Shown: piece after piece, positions 1 through 10,900 of the stretch
How the letters are laid out: each line of letters starts with the position of its first letter
How positions within the stretch are numbered: position 1 is the first letter of the stretch
Source of the DNA: Trueperaceae bacterium
GTDB taxonomy: Bacteria > Deinococcota > Deinococci > Deinococcales > Trueperaceae
Direction of reading: 5' to 3'
DNA: 64,000 nucleotides
Assembly: GCA_965215565.1 (NCBI GenBank)
Contig: CBDCDZ010000004.1
Coordinates: 960,001-1,024,000 of the forward strand
The notes under the pieces: model-generated
What the model was told of the DNA's origin: nothing
What the model saw: only the letters and a program-made list of their open reading frames with translations
Database searches by the model: none
Translations under genes and position numbers: made by a program

Positions 1-402
1 CATGTCCTTGTCGAACTGCGGCGGCGCGTCCGAAAGGGTCTCGACGCCGCCCGCGATGACGATGTCCGCTTGGCCGGTGCGGATGAGGTCCGCGCCGCTC
101 GCAATCGCCTGGTTCGCCGAAATACACGCCATCGTGACGGTGTGCGCGGGCACGCTGACGGGAAAGCCCGCGCCCAGCGCCGAATCTCTGGCGACGTTGC
201 TGGTGCGCACATTTTGTACGACGGTGCCCATGATGACGCGGTCTACCTTGTCGGCGTCCAACTCGCTCCGCGTCAAAAGCCCCTTTAGTACAGTGCGCCC
301 GAGGTCGTAGGAGATAAGGTCGAAGTATTCCGTGCCCGCCCGCATGAAAGGCGTGCGGCAGCCGTCTACGAGGACGACATTTCTGCCATTGTTATTTTTC
401 AT
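1..402 (-). CDS. Acetyl-CoA C-acyltransferase (thiolase, FadI-like), N-terminal part; runs off the window
   Basis: Manual translation MKNNNGRNVVLVDGCRTPFMRAG...PAHTVTMACISANQA...IAGGVE shows the thiolase RTPF and catalytic-Cys motifs. Confidence 0.9.
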   Translation of the reverse strand, partial: MKNNNGRNVVLVDGCRTPFMRAGTEYFDLISYDLGRTVLKGLLTRSELDADKVDRVIMGTVVQNVRTSNVARDSALGAGFPVSVPAHTVTMACISANQAIASGADLIRTGQADIVIAGGVETLSDAPPQFDKDM

Positions 403-406
403 GCTT

Positions 407-1039
407 CTATCGTACTTGGTTTAGCGGCTCAGCGGTGCGCTCGAAATCTTGTACTTCAACTGTGTTTCCCCTCAACCTCGTCACCACCGCGAGCGTCACG
501 ATAGGAACGCCAACCTCTTGCAGCGCCTCGCGTCCCCCTTCAAAGGATTTCTCAATCACACAGCCGATACCCAAGAGGTCCGCGCCGCACTGTTCGATGA
601 GGTCAACGAGGGCGACGAGCGTTTTCCCCGACGCTAAGAAGTCATCAATGAGCAGGACCCGGTCATCCTCAAACAGATATTCGGGCGAGATGATGAGCTT
701 GGTCACGCCGCCTTTGGTGTGGCTCGGGGCTTCGGCTTCGTACACGCCCCCATTTTCAACATTGCCAGCCATCGTGACGGGGCGCGTCTTTCGGGCGTAA
801 ACGACGGGAACGCCTAGCGCGATACCTGTGGCTAACGCCGGAGCGATGCCGCTGACTTCCGCCGTGACGATTTTGGTAACGCCCGTAACCTCTTCTTCGT
901 AAAAACGCTCCACGAAGGTTTTACCCATCTCGAGCGTCAAGTCGGGCTCGAGCCTATGGTTGATAAACCCGTCCACCTTGAGAATGCCGTTACCTAAATG
1001 CTGCCCCTCCGCCCGAATCCGTTCAACCAGCTTTTGCAT
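407..1039 (-). CDS. xpt: Xanthine phosphoribosyltransferase
   Basis: ILKVDGFINH N-terminal motif and PRPP-binding VLLIDDFLASG. Confidence 0.9.
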   Translation of the reverse strand: MQKLVERIRAEGQHLGNGILKVDGFINHRLEPDLTLEMGKTFVERFYEEEVTGVTKIVTAEVSGIAPALATGIALGVPVVYARKTRPVTMAGNVENGGVYEAEAPSHTKGGVTKLIISPEYLFEDDRVLLIDDFLASGKTLVALVDLIEQCGADLLGIGCVIEKSFEGGREALQEVGVPIVTLAVVTRLRGNTVEVQDFERTAEPLNQVR

Positions 1040-1170
1040 ACGCCCTCCTCATGACCTCTTCGCCCGAGCATCTTACCTCAGCGAAAGGCGTGGCAACCCC
1101 GCCTTTTAGCTTTTGGCCCAGTTCCTGTGAGACTTTTCGCGAGGTGAAGAATTTTCTCTAGCTAAACTCA

Positions 1171-1599
1171 ATGTCGATGATACGTGAGCGAATACCACAC
1201 AACTTAATCGTTTTAGTCTCGAGCCTGCTCATCCTGCTTGTAGGGTGTAGCGCGGAGCAGGTTAGTCGAAGTGCGGATGTTATCTCGAGCTTCCGAACGA
1301 CTAGGGGCAAAGACGCAACTTATCAGGTAGGCGACAACATCACGTTTTCTTTTAGGCTCGCTCGAGCGGGCTACACCGAACTCGAGATAAGAGACCCGGA
1401 CGGCGAGGTTTACATCCTGCAAAACCTTTCCGGGTACGCGCCAGCAGGTGAGCGCACCCTTCCCGAACCGGACTCACCCTATGCACTCGAGCTAGGCGAG
1501 CCTACAGGAGAGCACACCGTCACCCTCCACTACCGAAACGAGTCAGCGCGTCCTAGCGTCACGGATAGCGCAACGCTTACATTTGAAGTCGCACCGTAG
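1171..1599 (+). CDS. Small putative lipoprotein, beta-rich (DUF4384-like)
   Basis: Hydrophobic stretch ending in lipobox LVGC; YQVGDNITFSF motif. Confidence 0.55.
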   Translation: MSMIRERIPHNLIVLVSSLLILLVGCSAEQVSRSADVISSFRTTRGKDATYQVGDNITFSFRLARAGYTELEIRDPDGEVYILQNLSGYAPAGERTLPEPDSPYALELGEPTGEHTVTLHYRNESARPSVTDSATLTFEVAP

Positions 1600-1660
1600 C
1601 TCCTTACCGTGCTCCAGATAACAAACTGATGCAAACATAACTGTGGGTTTCACAATGACC

Positions 1661-1696
1661 AAACCACCGCAAGTCAAAAGCTTGCGGTGGTTTTTT
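1661..1696 (+). terminator. Rho-independent terminator
   Basis: AAACCACCGCAAG / CTTGCGGTGGTTT stem followed by a T run. Confidence 0.8.
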
Positions 1697-1874
1697 AGGT
1701 TTCCTCCTCTACAAAACGGAACGCTGACGAAACGCTCCCCCATAGAGAATAGCGGTAGTCGAACTCTCGAGGTCCGAATCCAAGGTCTCGAGAAAGGAGG
1801 CACGTCTCTACCGCTGTCCACCCCTCCGCTCTCTTAATTCAACGGCTCATAGAGCCACAAGGAGTTATCTTTAG

Positions 1875-3413
1875 ATGACAAGACGAAAACGTATGACGAA
1901 ACGCTTGAACGTTACAGCGCTGCTAGGACTCGCGCTCACTGTTCTGGCTGCCTGCACGCAAGGCGAAGAAGATTTCCGCACCTCCGACGAGGTGACGCTG
2001 CAAGTCGCCGCGATTCCGGCTCAGGTCACGAAAGTGACGCTCGAGGTTGACGGAAAAAGCTACGACGCTGCGCTGGGCGAGAACGCAGCCAGCCTCACGC
2101 TCAGCAACTTGGCGCTTAAAAATACCACGTTCACTACGCGCGGCTTAGACGCAAAGGGCATCGTGCTCTATAAGGGCGTCGAAACGAAAAGCGTTACGGA
2201 AGACACCGACACCATCGAGTTGACGATGGACCGCCTCACGAGCAACGTGAAAGTCAACCTCACGGGCGTAGTCGCGGGCGAAACGCTCAGGGCGACAGTT
2301 GGCGGCGTGGTGCAGGAGTTGGGCAACTCGCGCACCCTTGCAGGCGTTAAGACCGGCGCGGACCAGACCCTCATCGTTGAAGGTTATGACGGCGGCGCGC
2401 GTATGCGCCAAGGCAGCGCGAGCTTCAATCTCTCCGAAGGCACCGCAACGGTCAGCGTCACCCTCACCGCCCTCGGCACCGACAACGTCGCGCCGAACGC
2501 ACCCAGACTGAGCGCACCCGACACCGTCACCGAAGGCGAAGCCTTCACCCTGAGCGTTGACGCGAGCGACGCCGACGGCAACTTGGCGAGCATCAAGGTG
2601 GAGTGGGGCGACGGTAGCGACGCGAGCACCGCAACGATCAGTGGCAGCGCCGCTAAGAAGGACTTTACGCACACCTACGCCGCCGCAGGTCCGCAGAAAC
2701 CCACCGTCACCGTGACCGACGCGAAGGGTGTCTCAGCGCAAGCCAGCATGACCGTCGACGTCGAAGCGGTAGACGTACCCGACGACACCGACGTGAACAT
2801 CGAGACGGGCAAAGAGACGCGCCTCGTCACCGTGACGGCTACGGATGTGCCTGCAGGTACAGTCGGGGTTGAAGCCACCATAACAAACAGCGCAGGTGAA
2901 AAAACAGTCTTCGGTCTCGTTAAGAATGGTGCAACCTGGCGCGGCTCTGCGGAACTTCTCAATGACACGGCGTACAGCGTCGTTTTAGACTATGGCGGCG
3001 CGAAGAGCGACGCTAAAACCTTCAATTTGGATGACGGCACAGGTGACTTCAACGTCACCGTGTCGCTCGGCGCAACCGGCAACACTAACAGCGCCCCCGT
3101 TGCCGCAAACGACGTCGTGACGCTCTACACGAACGACGGCACCTGGACCTTCAACCCGGTGAACGCGAGCGGCACCGACACAACGCTCGGTAGCAGCGCG
3201 GATACCGATACGGACGGCGACAGCTTGACCATCATCAGCTTCACGCAGCCGGCTGTCGGCAGCCTCACCTTGAGCGGCAACACCTTCACCTACAATGTGC
3301 CGACGCGCGAAGCCAGAACCTCATTCACCTACGTCATCTCCGACGGTAAGGGCGGCGAAGCGACGGGGACGGTTAAGCTAGACGTCTTTACGGGTGTGGG
3401 TTTAGGCGGCTAA
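1875..3413 (+). CDS. Surface lipoprotein with PKD and C-terminal cadherin/Big_9-like domains
   Basis: Lipobox LAAC; PKD motif WGDG...HTY; APVAAND...DTDGDSLTI...SFTYVISDGKGG. Confidence 0.75.
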   Translation: MTRRKRMTKRLNVTALLGLALTVLAACTQGEEDFRTSDEVTLQVAAIPAQVTKVTLEVDGKSYDAALGENAASLTLSNLALKNTTFTTRGLDAKGIVLYKGVETKSVTEDTDTIELTMDRLTSNVKVNLTGVVAGETLRATVGGVVQELGNSRTLAGVKTGADQTLIVEGYDGGARMRQGSASFNLSEGTATVSVTLTALGTDNVAPNAPRLSAPDTVTEGEAFTLSVDASDADGNLASIKVEWGDGSDASTATISGSAAKKDFTHTYAAAGPQKPTVTVTDAKGVSAQASMTVDVEAVDVPDDTDVNIETGKETRLVTVTATDVPAGTVGVEATITNSAGEKTVFGLVKNGATWRGSAELLNDTAYSVVLDYGGAKSDAKTFNLDDGTGDFNVTVSLGATGNTNSAPVAANDVVTLYTNDGTWTFNPVNASGTDTTLGSSADTDTDGDSLTIISFTQPAVGSLTLSGNTFTYNVPTREARTSFTYVISDGKGGEATGTVKLDVFTGVGLGG

Positions 3414-3431
3414 ACCTCACCTCCAGCACAA

Positions 3432-3565
3432 TAGCAGGTATCATCTGGTCTGAGACACTCTCACTGTAGAAAACACTGTTTCACTGCGTGAAAACTTCGT
3501 AATTAGCACGCACTTTATGAGATGATATCTGCGGCACTCCGTCTCAGTATGTTTTGGAAGTGCTA
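3432..3565 (+). repeat. TAGCA-ended small dispersed repeat (MITE/SNR-like), copy 1
   Basis: TAGCAGGTATCATCTGG...CCGTCTCAGTATGTTTTGGAAGTGCTA, aligns with 32086-32218. Confidence 0.85.
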
Positions 3566-3733
3566 CAAGATGCTCTAGGACCGCTACACTTACGTGTGGC
3601 GGTCCTTCTTTGGGGCAAAAAGAGCAGGGACACAAGAGGCAGCTCGAGCCCATCCGTCAACGTCATTGACCACGTCTATCAGCAATTCCACGCCGTAACG
3701 CTCGAGGAATGCCCGGCACCTTAAACTCAACCT

Positions 3734-3919
3734 ATGCACCTACAGACCTCAGGCTTCGTCGTCCGCGTCCGCTGGTCAGATGACGCCCGGAACACGCCGC
3801 ACATCACCTTACAAAACGTCAGCACCAAAGAGGTGCTCACCCTGAGCAGTTGGTCCGCCTTGCTCGAGGCGATGCAGCAGCCACCCGCTCCTGCTACGCC
3901 AGTAGAGAAGCTCGACTAA
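3734..3919 (+). CDS. Small hypothetical protein, probably leaderless
   Basis: 61-aa ORF; TAAACT -10 box 6 nt before the ATG; hairpin downstream. Confidence 0.6.
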   Translation: MHLQTSGFVVRVRWSDDARNTPHITLQNVSTKEVLTLSSWSALLEAMQQPPAPATPVEKLD

Positions 3920-3942
3920 GACCTCCGCCAGCACTCATTTTC

Positions 3943-3974
3943 AAAAGGACGCGCAGCGAACCGCGCGTCCTTTT
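3943..3974. terminator. Bidirectional terminator-like hairpin
   Basis: AAAAGGACGCGC / GCGCGTCCTTTT. Confidence 0.75.
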
Positions 3975-4010
3975 CTTCGGACTCGCCACTGGAGGCGGAC
4001 TAAGGGTCAA

Positions 4011-4034
4011 AACAAGGGGTTTCAACCCCTTGTT
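4011..4034. repeat. REP-like palindrome CAAGGGGT-N4-ACCCCTTG
   Basis: Same palindrome at 17242-17261 and 29678-29697. Confidence 0.8.
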
Positions 4035-4237
4035 CATCCCACCGAGACAGCAGAAGGAGCGCACGGCGGCGTTTGGCTTAGAACCCTTGCTGAAAGGTGT
4101 AGGTGGATAGCGCGTCCTAGAGTCGGAACGCCTGCGTAACGCTCCAGTGCGCACAATACAACCCGGAGGCTTCGACTCATGACCCAACGACATCTTACCC
4201 CCTCTTCCTTCCCCGGCTCACACGCTTTAAGATACCT

Positions 4238-7200
4238 ATGAAAAAATTTCTTCTTTTATCTCTCCTTATCCTCGCCGCTTGCAACCAGGCGGCGCTGCCC
4301 GAAACGAAAGTCGGTAGTGAAACGCCCGAAGCGCGCACCAGCCGTCTGCTGAGCGACGAGACGCTCGAGGTCAACTTCCAGGTGGACCCAGCTAAGGATC
4401 AGCTCGCGACGCTGAGCACCTCACCCTTCAGCACGCAAGCGGTTGATATCGACTTGCAGTCCTCCTCTAAAGGGCTCGTGGATAAAGACGGGACGCGCTA
4501 CCTTTACGGCACGTTCGACATCACGAACACCTCCGGTGAGACCTTGGAGAACCTCTCGTTTTACGCGCTCTCCACGGCGCGCACGCTCGGCGGCACGGCG
4601 ATGTCGAACCTCTTGGACGCGAACAACCAAGCGGTCACGGACCCGGCGTTCGCCCGCACTATCTTACCAACGCACCGGACGCGCAACAACAGCGGCATGT
4701 TAGTCGTCAAGGCGGATGAGGCGGACTTTCAGGGCTACAGCGCCGCGCAGGTTGCGCAGGTCCAAGACCAACTCGGCGTGGGGCGCAACGTCTTGGACTA
4801 CGGCTTCACCGCGCGCAACGAAGCGGGCACGCGCCCTATCGCGCCCGGCAAAAAAGGCTCCGTGACCTTCGCCATCAAATTTCCTTACGAGCCGAGCGAT
4901 TCGGCGGACTACCCCTTCTCCTTCACGCTTTCCTTCACCATCGTGGACGACGCGGCGCGGCAAGTGACGAGAAGCGCCGAAGAGAACCCGAACAGCGCCC
5001 GTGACGTATGCAGACGGGCACAAGAGGTCGGTGCAGGGCGCGTCGTCGTCATTGGGAACGAGCCGAGCAGTGCACCTTGTGACCTGGTGCGCCTTAATGA
5101 CATCAAAGTCGCGACTGCGACGGGCACGCTCCCCGCGAAGTACCTCTTAGGAGAGGGTCCCGGCGCAGCCATCCCCGACTTGCAAGTGAGCGAAACGCGC
5201 TTGGTGTATACCGAGCAAAATGGCGGTGAGAGTGCGCAAACGCTCACCTTACGCAACTTCGGCAGCGGCGCACTCACCGTCAGCAGCTTAGACCTCTCAG
5301 GCAGCAACGCCGATCAGTTCAGCGTGGACGGCGCAGCATTCCCCCTCACCCTTCAGCCCGGAGGAACGAGCGACGTCACCGTGACCTTCGCGCCGAGCAG
5401 CTTAGGACCTCAGGGCGCACGCTTAGATATTCAGAGTAGCGACGCAGACAGCCCCAACATGAGCGTCTCGCTACGCGGCTTGAGCGTCAAAGGAACGGGC
5501 GGCAGCAATGAGCCCTCCTTGCAGTGGATTTTGGATACGTTAGAGATTGACATTGACGTGGGCGACCCCGATCCGAGCAACAACGTGATGCCGACGCGCG
5601 ACCTCTTAGGCGACGAAGTCAAGGCACAACGCTTCGCCAAGGCGGGCTCCGGTCCCGTCACAGCCGAAACGCTCGCCGTGTTCGGTCCTGACAGAGACAG
5701 CCCCGTCACCACCTTCGGCTGGTACGAAGCGGGCGACGCGAACAGCGTCACTAACCTCTTCAGCGTCACCAATTCGCCCAAGTCGAACGCGCAGCGCCTC
5801 TTACCTCCGGTTGAGGGCTCCACGAGCTTCGACCCCGGCAGCAAAGAATTCGGCATCGTCTCGAGCTGGCCCTTCTTCAATAACCGCAAGCTCTACAGCG
5901 AAGACGCGCTCAACACCTTTTCCGGCGCGGTTCCCCACCACGTGCGCGCCTACCCCTTGTCCGGTGAAGATAACGCCTTTGTTATCGCTACCGAAGAGCA
6001 CGTCAGCGGCTTCGACTACCAGGACATCGTCGTCATCTTGCGCAACGTCACACCTGTCGCCCTGCCCGAGCCCGTGGGCTGCGCGCCCATCTCCGCGCTC
6101 CTCTGTAACGAAGTCGCCGTGAGCTTGCCCTACAACCTCACCTTTGACGGCAACGAAGGCAAGTTGGCGGACAAGAACGGCGTTGGCACTGGCTTCACAA
6201 TGGTGGACGCGCCCTCCTCGCCTCTTACCACCCCAAGCAACCCGCAGCTTCCCGGCTACGAGCCGAGCAAACTGAGCGCCGTGAACGGCAGCCTCACATT
6301 CACTACGACGAAAGGCATCCAGTACGTGGAGCCGAGCACGAGCAGCGAGACCAACTCGCAGGTCAACGCGCTAGGTGTCGGTGTGGACGGGGGCGCGAAG
6401 CTCCGCATCGAAACCACCCTCACGGACCTCAGCTTCCCGAACAACAACCAGTATCAGCAAGCGGGTCTCTGGTTCGGCTTGGACGAAGACAACTACGCCA
6501 AGCTTGTCGTGCTGAACCGGGGCAACGGGCAAGCGGGTATCCAACTCGCTAGGGAGGAGAACGCTGTTCTTGGCGGTGACGACCAGCTAAACTCGGCGCT
6601 CCTCAATTTGAACGGCAAAAACGTTAAGCTCATCCTCGAGCTAGATCCCGTGACTCGTCAAGCCACCGCGTCTTACGGCGTAGACGGCGGCGCAGAAACG
6701 GTATTTGCGAACCTCGAGCTGCCCGAAACGCTCTTCGTAGGTCAAACCATCGGCGGCGACACGGTTAGCTTTGCGGGACTTTTCGCCACGCACCGCCGCG
6801 CGTCAAGTGCCATGACCTTCACCTTTGCCGACTTCAGCGTCGAGCAGCCCAAGACCTTAGCCCCCAGCGGCACGCTCAGCTTAGAGAACCGTGACTGGAC
6901 CTCTGAGCAGATTTCCGCCGAGGCGAAGGGGCACTTCGACAACTGGCTCGCTTTTAACCGCATCACCAGCGATAAGGATGCTCCCCGCACGCACGACACG
7001 GTCACGCTGCGCCTCAACAACCCCTCGGATGAGGTCTTGAAGGTCTCGAGCTTGACCCTCGTCAACAACACGAACAACGCCGCAGGTCTAGCGGCGTATA
7101 GCCTTCTAAACGGCGAAGCGCCCAGCGTAGAGAATCCTTTAGAGATCGCCACAGGCAGCTTCCACGACCTCAGTGTGGCGTTCACCTACCCGCGCGCGAG

Positions 7201-7897
7201 CGGCAGAAACGAAGTCGTGAGGGCGCAGCTTTTGATCGGCTCGAGCGACGCGGATACGCCTACACGCACCGTTCAGCTCGGCGGCTCCTGGCAGATTCAG
7301 GAGGAGGGCGGCAACGAGCCTAACGTAGCGGAGATCGTCCGCGCCTTTGGCTTCGGCACCACCATCTTGAACCCTGGCGAAAAGCTCAACAACCAAGGAC
7401 GTATCGAAACTATTGGCGAAGAGGTGCTCTCGCCCTTCTGGAGCCGCGCCGACGAGAGTAGACCCGTCTACATCCGCCAGCTCGCGGCGTACCACACCTG
7501 CTGCAGCAACACAGCTAACGTCTTCTTGCAACCCGATATCAACTCAGGCAGCACCACCAAGTTCTTCACCCACAATGGCAAAGACGCCCAGTCCTTCTTG
7601 CCGCTCATCAGCGGTAGCAGCAGCGAGCCTGCCGAGGGTACGCTCACCCCGCCGAACGCCCTCTTCGGCTTCAAGAGCGATCCCGAATGGAGCGACCCGA
7701 GCCGCAACCGCGTCGGACCGGACGACTGCTCAGCCGGACGCGACACCTGCGGTCATCACATGCGCTTCTGGCCCGTACGCGACCTCAACGGTACCCTCGT
7801 CCCGAACGCCTATCTCATGGTGATGGACTACGCGGGCATCAACTACGACTTCAACGACAACGTCTACTTCATCAGCAACGTCAAGCCTGCGCAATAG
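4238..7897 (+). CDS. Large multidomain surface lipoprotein (two ASH/choice-of-anchor-D Ig modules, central lectin-like domain)
   Basis: Lipobox LAAC; internal duplication GGSNEPS...DYQDIVVILRNV and EGGNEPN...DFNDNVYFISNV. Confidence 0.75.
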   Translation: MKKFLLLSLLILAACNQAALPETKVGSETPEARTSRLLSDETLEVNFQVDPAKDQLATLSTSPFSTQAVDIDLQSSSKGLVDKDGTRYLYGTFDITNTSGETLENLSFYALSTARTLGGTAMSNLLDANNQAVTDPAFARTILPTHRTRNNSGMLVVKADEADFQGYSAAQVAQVQDQLGVGRNVLDYGFTARNEAGTRPIAPGKKGSVTFAIKFPYEPSDSADYPFSFTLSFTIVDDAARQVTRSAEENPNSARDVCRRAQEVGAGRVVVIGNEPSSAPCDLVRLNDIKVATATGTLPAKYLLGEGPGAAIPDLQVSETRLVYTEQNGGESAQTLTLRNFGSGALTVSSLDLSGSNADQFSVDGAAFPLTLQPGGTSDVTVTFAPSSLGPQGARLDIQSSDADSPNMSVSLRGLSVKGTGGSNEPSLQWILDTLEIDIDVGDPDPSNNVMPTRDLLGDEVKAQRFAKAGSGPVTAETLAVFGPDRDSPVTTFGWYEAGDANSVTNLFSVTNSPKSNAQRLLPPVEGSTSFDPGSKEFGIVSSWPFFNNRKLYSEDALNTFSGAVPHHVRAYPLSGEDNAFVIATEEHVSGFDYQDIVVILRNVTPVALPEPVGCAPISALLCNEVAVSLPYNLTFDGNEGKLADKNGVGTGFTMVDAPSSPLTTPSNPQLPGYEPSKLSAVNGSLTFTTTKGIQYVEPSTSSETNSQVNALGVGVDGGAKLRIETTLTDLSFPNNNQYQQAGLWFGLDEDNYAKLVVLNRGNGQAGIQLAREENAVLGGDDQLNSALLNLNGKNVKLILELDPVTRQATASYGVDGGAETVFANLELPETLFVGQTIGGDTVSFAGLFATHRRASSAMTFTFADFSVEQPKTLAPSGTLSLENRDWTSEQISAEAKGHFDNWLAFNRITSDKDAPRTHDTVTLRLNNPSDEVLKVSSLTLVNNTNNAAGLAAYSLLNGEAPSVENPLEIATGSFHDLSVAFTYPRASGRNEVVRAQLLIGSSDADTPTRTVQLGGSWQIQEEGGNEPNVAEIVRAFGFGTTILNPGEKLNNQGRIETIGEEVLSPFWSRADESRPVYIRQLAAYHTCCSNTANVFLQPDINSGSTTKFFTHNGKDAQSFLPLISGSSSEPAEGTLTPPNALFGFKSDPEWSDPSRNRVGPDDCSAGRDTCGHHMRFWPVRDLNGTLVPNAYLMVMDYAGINYDFNDNVYFISNVKPAQ

Positions 7898-7976
7898 CGT
7901 TTTTGTAACGCCGACGTAACGCCCAGCCCTACATTCTATAGAGGCGGTGAGCACACCTCATCGCCAAGGAGTTCTG

Positions 7977-10900
7977 ATGAATCACACGCAACGAACGAAA
8001 CTCATCCTTTTCACCGCGCTGCTGTTCACGCTAGCCGCGTGTAACCTGAGCGGGACCCAACCTCCCCAACCCAGCGTCACCCTCTTGAACGAAAACATCA
8101 GCATCCTCTTCGAGATCGGTGAGAACAACACGATCGAAACCTCGGCTATACCAAACGGTCTCACCTCACAAGCGTTAGATTTCAGCCTCGTCGGTACTTC
8201 GAAAGGGCTGACCGATAAGGGCGGAATGCGCTACCTCTACGGTACCTTTGAAGTCACCAACACCTCTAATGAGACCTTCGACAACCTCTCCTTCTACGCG
8301 CTTACGACGGGACGCGCTCTAGGCGGCACGGCGCTCGGCTCCTTAAAGAACGCGCGCAACGAAGCCATCACTGACGCGACGTTTGCCCGCACCATCCTCC
8401 CGACGCACCGCATGGAGAGTAACAGCGGACGCTTAGAGGTCAAGGCGGACGAGGCGGACTTTCAAGGTCTGAGCGACGCGCAGGTGAGCGCGGCGCAGCG
8501 CCAGTTATCCGCCGGGAGCACCGTCTTGGGCTACGGCTTCACCGCTCGCAACGCGGGCGGCGGACGCGCCATTGCGCCGGGACAGACGGGCTTTGTCACC
8601 TTCGCCGTCAAATTCCCCTTCGATCCGAACAGCTCCGCCGAGTACCCCTTCGCCTTTACGCTCTCGTTTGCCGCGGTAGATGACAGCGTCCGTCAGGTCA
8701 CTCGTAGCGCCGAAGAAAGCGCCAACAGTGCGCGCGACGTGTGCGCAAGAGGCGACGCCATCAATGCTGAGCGCGTCGTCGTGATCAGTCAGCACCCGAA
8801 CAGCGCGCCTTGTAACCTGACCCTCCTAACCAATGTCAAAACTGCTATTGCAACAAACGGCGAAGAGACTGTCTATTTGCTCCCAGACGCGCCCACTACG
8901 TCTGATATCGACGTCAAAATCAACTTTCAGTTGGATTCCGCGCCCGTACCGAACGGCTTTGTGAAAGACAGCGGTCAAGCATACGGCGCACAAGCAAACG
9001 GCACTTACGGTTGGCTCAAACTGAAAGACGATCAGCCCGTCGACGCCTCCGGCGCAGCCCGCGACCGCAACCGCGCTGGCGTCGCCCAAGAACGCGATAC
9101 CGTCATACACCTGCAGCGCGGCGACTGCTGCGACAGCGGCTTCACCGATGAAGTTTACTGGGAGTACGCGCTGCCGAACGGCACCTATCAAGTGACGGTG
9201 AGTGCAGGCGATGAGCCGGCAAAAGAGGTCAGAGCGGGCTTTCCCAATGCGTACGACAGCAAGCACACCCTCAACGTCGAAAGTGTCCCCGCACTTTCTA
9301 AGTTTCAGGCGGACAGTGATAACGAGTTCGAGCAGAGCACCGTCATCGTCCAAGTCGAAGACGGCAAGCTCACCATCGACGCAGTCGGCGGTATCAACAC
9401 AAAAATCAATTATGTTTTCATCACCTCTACGGACGCCAGTGCAGCCCAGCACCCCTTTGTCACGAGCATTGATCCCGCGAACGGCGCAACTGACCTCTCA
9501 CCCAACACCGCCACCATCACCGCAGGGCTCAGCCTTCCTAATGGCGGCGTGGCACTCTCGACCTTGGACGGCAACGTCACGCTGACCAACCTTGACAGCG
9601 GGGCAAATGTCAGCGGCACGCCCGACACGAGCGGCGGCGCGGACACCATCAGCTTTAAGATCAGCGAGCCTTTAGAAGAGAATACTAGTTACCGCTTTGA
9701 GGTCTCGAGCGGCGCAGAAGACGAGTCGGGCGCGTCGTTCTTGCCCTTCGCAAGCACCTTTACTACAGGCACGCTCAACACGAACGCCGGTCCGGTTGCC
9801 TTCACCAAAACCGTCGTGGACGAGGGACAGAAGTTCACCAGCGTCACCATCGGTCCCGACAGCAAGCTCTACGCCAGCACTGCCTTCGGCTCTATCTACC
9901 GCTATCAGATTGAGCGTGACGGTAACTTGACCGAAGAGCGCGTCATCGACACGGTCAAAAAAGCGAACGGCGGCGCACCCCGCACCATCATCGGCTTGAC
10001 CTTCGACCCTATCGCAACAGCGGACAACCTCATCCTGTGGGTCTCGGATAACGTCACCTACATGGGCTCTCCTGACGTACCTGACTGGACGGGCAAAATC
10101 GCCAAGCTCACCGGCTCGAATTTGCAAAACTACGAAGCGGTCATCGAAGGTCTACCCCGCTCGGTGCGCGACCACGAAACGAACTCTATCGCCTTCGGTC
10201 CTGACGGCGCACTCTACGTAAGCCAAGGCAGTAACAACGCGATGGGCGCACCTGACAGCGCGTGGGGAAACCGCGAAGAGCGTCTCCTAAGCGCGGCGGT
10301 GCTCAGACTCGATTTGGATAAACTTCCCTCGAGCCTCCCTTTGAACGTCAAAACCAACGAGGGCGGCTCCTATAACCCCTTCGCGAAAGACGCCCCCCTC
10401 ACTGTCTACGCCTCGGGTATCCGCAACGCCTACGACCTCGTCTGGCACTCCAACGGACGCCTCTACGTCCCGACCAACGGCTCCGCCCCCGGCGGCAACG
10501 CGCCCGCCACGCCGAGCACGCTCCCCGCATCTTGTAACAACCGCATCGACGCTGACCGCTTCGGCGCGTACACCCGCACAAACGTTCCTCGTATCGACAA
10601 CAACTCCCAGCGCGAGTTGGACTACCTCTTCCGCGTCTCTGAAGGGCGCTATTATGGGCACCCCAATCCGGCACGCTGTGAATGGGTCCTAAACGCAGGG
10701 AACGTCAAGTCCTCGAACGACCCCTTCGAAGCGAACGACTACCCCTTGGGCACGCAGCCCGACCGCAACTACGACGCAGACGGTGTCTTCAACGCAGGCT
10801 TGAGCGCCTCCGCGAACGGCGTCATCGAGTACATGAGCGGCACGTTTGGCGGCGCGCTCAAGGGCCAACTCCTCAACGTGCGCTACAGCAAAGAGCGCGA

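Noticed and set aside
1040..1170. Purine riboswitch upstream of xpt
   Set aside because: Hairpins are present but the conserved purine aptamer core is not recognisable
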